A DNA stretch of 63,504 nucleotides, the filler included, from Reclinomonas americana ATCC 50394 (taxonomy: Eukaryota): NCBI GenBank assembly GCA_048213135.1. It is 31 parts of 31 records of this genome, joined end to end, with 100 filler letters (N's around TTAATTAATTAA, not from the genome) between each part and the next. Parts side by side here need not be neighbours in the genome. Positions count along the whole stretch, not along the records: positions 61,589 to 63,504 come from AFZH01025120.1; 30 more parts are not named here. One strand, given 5' to 3'. Of this stretch, positions 62,870-63,504 are shown piece by piece. The position numbers were made by a program, and so were the translations under genes. Positions within the stretch are counted from its first letter, which is position 1. The number at the start of each line of letters is the position of its first letter. The notes under the pieces were generated by a model. It made no database searches. It was not told the DNA's origin and saw nothing but the letters and a program-made list of their open reading frames with translations.

Positions 62870-63469
62870 ATGGCATCTGCAGGCCGCGCGCCTGGAGGCG
62901 AGTTTGTTGGTGTGGCACCGGGAGTGGGCGGTGGACGCGCAGGTGGCGTCAGTCAGCTCGGCTCCACGTTGCGTCCACCCCACCACACTGACACACTCTG
63001 ACCCTCACTCTCACTCTCACTCTTACTCACACTCTGCGCGTGCAGGGTGTACGCTGTGAATGACTTGCGCATTGTGAAGAATGCTGGAGGTGCGTGCGCC
63101 TCTCACACTCTCTCACTCTCTCTCTTGTCACACTGGCACTCACTGCCTGCGCAGGCAAGCTTGATTTCCTCATGGTCATGGAGAACGTGGAGAAGAAGAG
63201 TCGCGTCACACGCACACATCATGATGTTTTTATTGAGAGAGAAAGTTCTGCTCACCACACAAACAGAGTTCTCCACCGAGAGAGCCAAAGAGGGCTTCAA
63301 GGCGAACCAAGACGCGCTGATTGACAAGCTGTGCCGCGCGGGCTTCCACGTGGAGGTCGGCACGTCGGTGGATCGTGACGAAGTGTTTGTGGTGTTTGGT
63401 TTGGACGATGGTCCACTGGAGAACTTTGCCGAGCGCATCAAGTACGACATGGAGCTGATCCCGCAGCAG
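62870..63469 (+). CDS. Anoctamin/TMEM16-like N-terminus (tentative), four exons
   Basis: Spliced reading LDFLMV...LIDKLCRAGFHVEV..SVDRDEVFV...LENFAERIKYDMEL resembles the anoctamin cytosolic N-terminal domain. Confidence 0.5.
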
Positions 63470-63470
63470 G

Positions 63471-63502
<32 letters not shown>

Positions 63503-63504
63503 TG

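Noticed and set aside
1..63504. Apparent gene cluster or operon across the window
   Set aside because: Contigs are concatenated by size, so adjacency across spacers has no biological meaning.
1..63504. Alternative genetic code
   Set aside because: In the conserved genes I reconstructed, in-frame stops fall within introns, and TAA, TAG and TGA all occur as terminators (INO1, PP2C, MPST).

Overview
This window is not a continuous locus. It is 31 unrelated contigs of about 1.9-2.0 kb joined by an artificial spacer (N-run, TTAATTAATTAA, N-run), so gene neighbourhood means nothing across spacers. Thirty contigs come from an intron-rich, GC-rich, microsatellite-laden eukaryote, probably a flagellated protist since it has an axonemal dynein. 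Recognisable gene fragments are glycogen phosphorylase, NDUFAF5, mercaptopyruvate sulfurtransferase (two alleles), PP2C, a HECT E3 ligase, an SLC52-like transporter, a TMEM260-like protein, a vWA protein, dihydroxyacetone kinase, dynein heavy chain, an MBL-fold hydrolase, INO1, a CAP-Gly protein (two alleles), a CRIB protein, an ARM protein, AP-1/2 beta adaptin, makorin and an anoctamin-like protein. There is also a disrupted RLE-type non-LTR retrotransposon. One contig (10391-12364) is bacterial and looks actinobacterial. Two signals stand out. (1) More than 20 manually reconstructed introns use a 5' splice site shifted by one nucleotide (GT-T-GCGT, GT-T-GAGT, GT-T-TCGT) and lack the usual +5 G, alongside ordinary GTGCGT/GTGAGT donors. 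(2) The bacterial contig carries an unusual 76-nt tRNA-like cloverleaf with a CAU anticodon, encoded CCA and its own promoter, near a DUF3800-like gene. All family calls come from motif recognition by eye; no database search was run.
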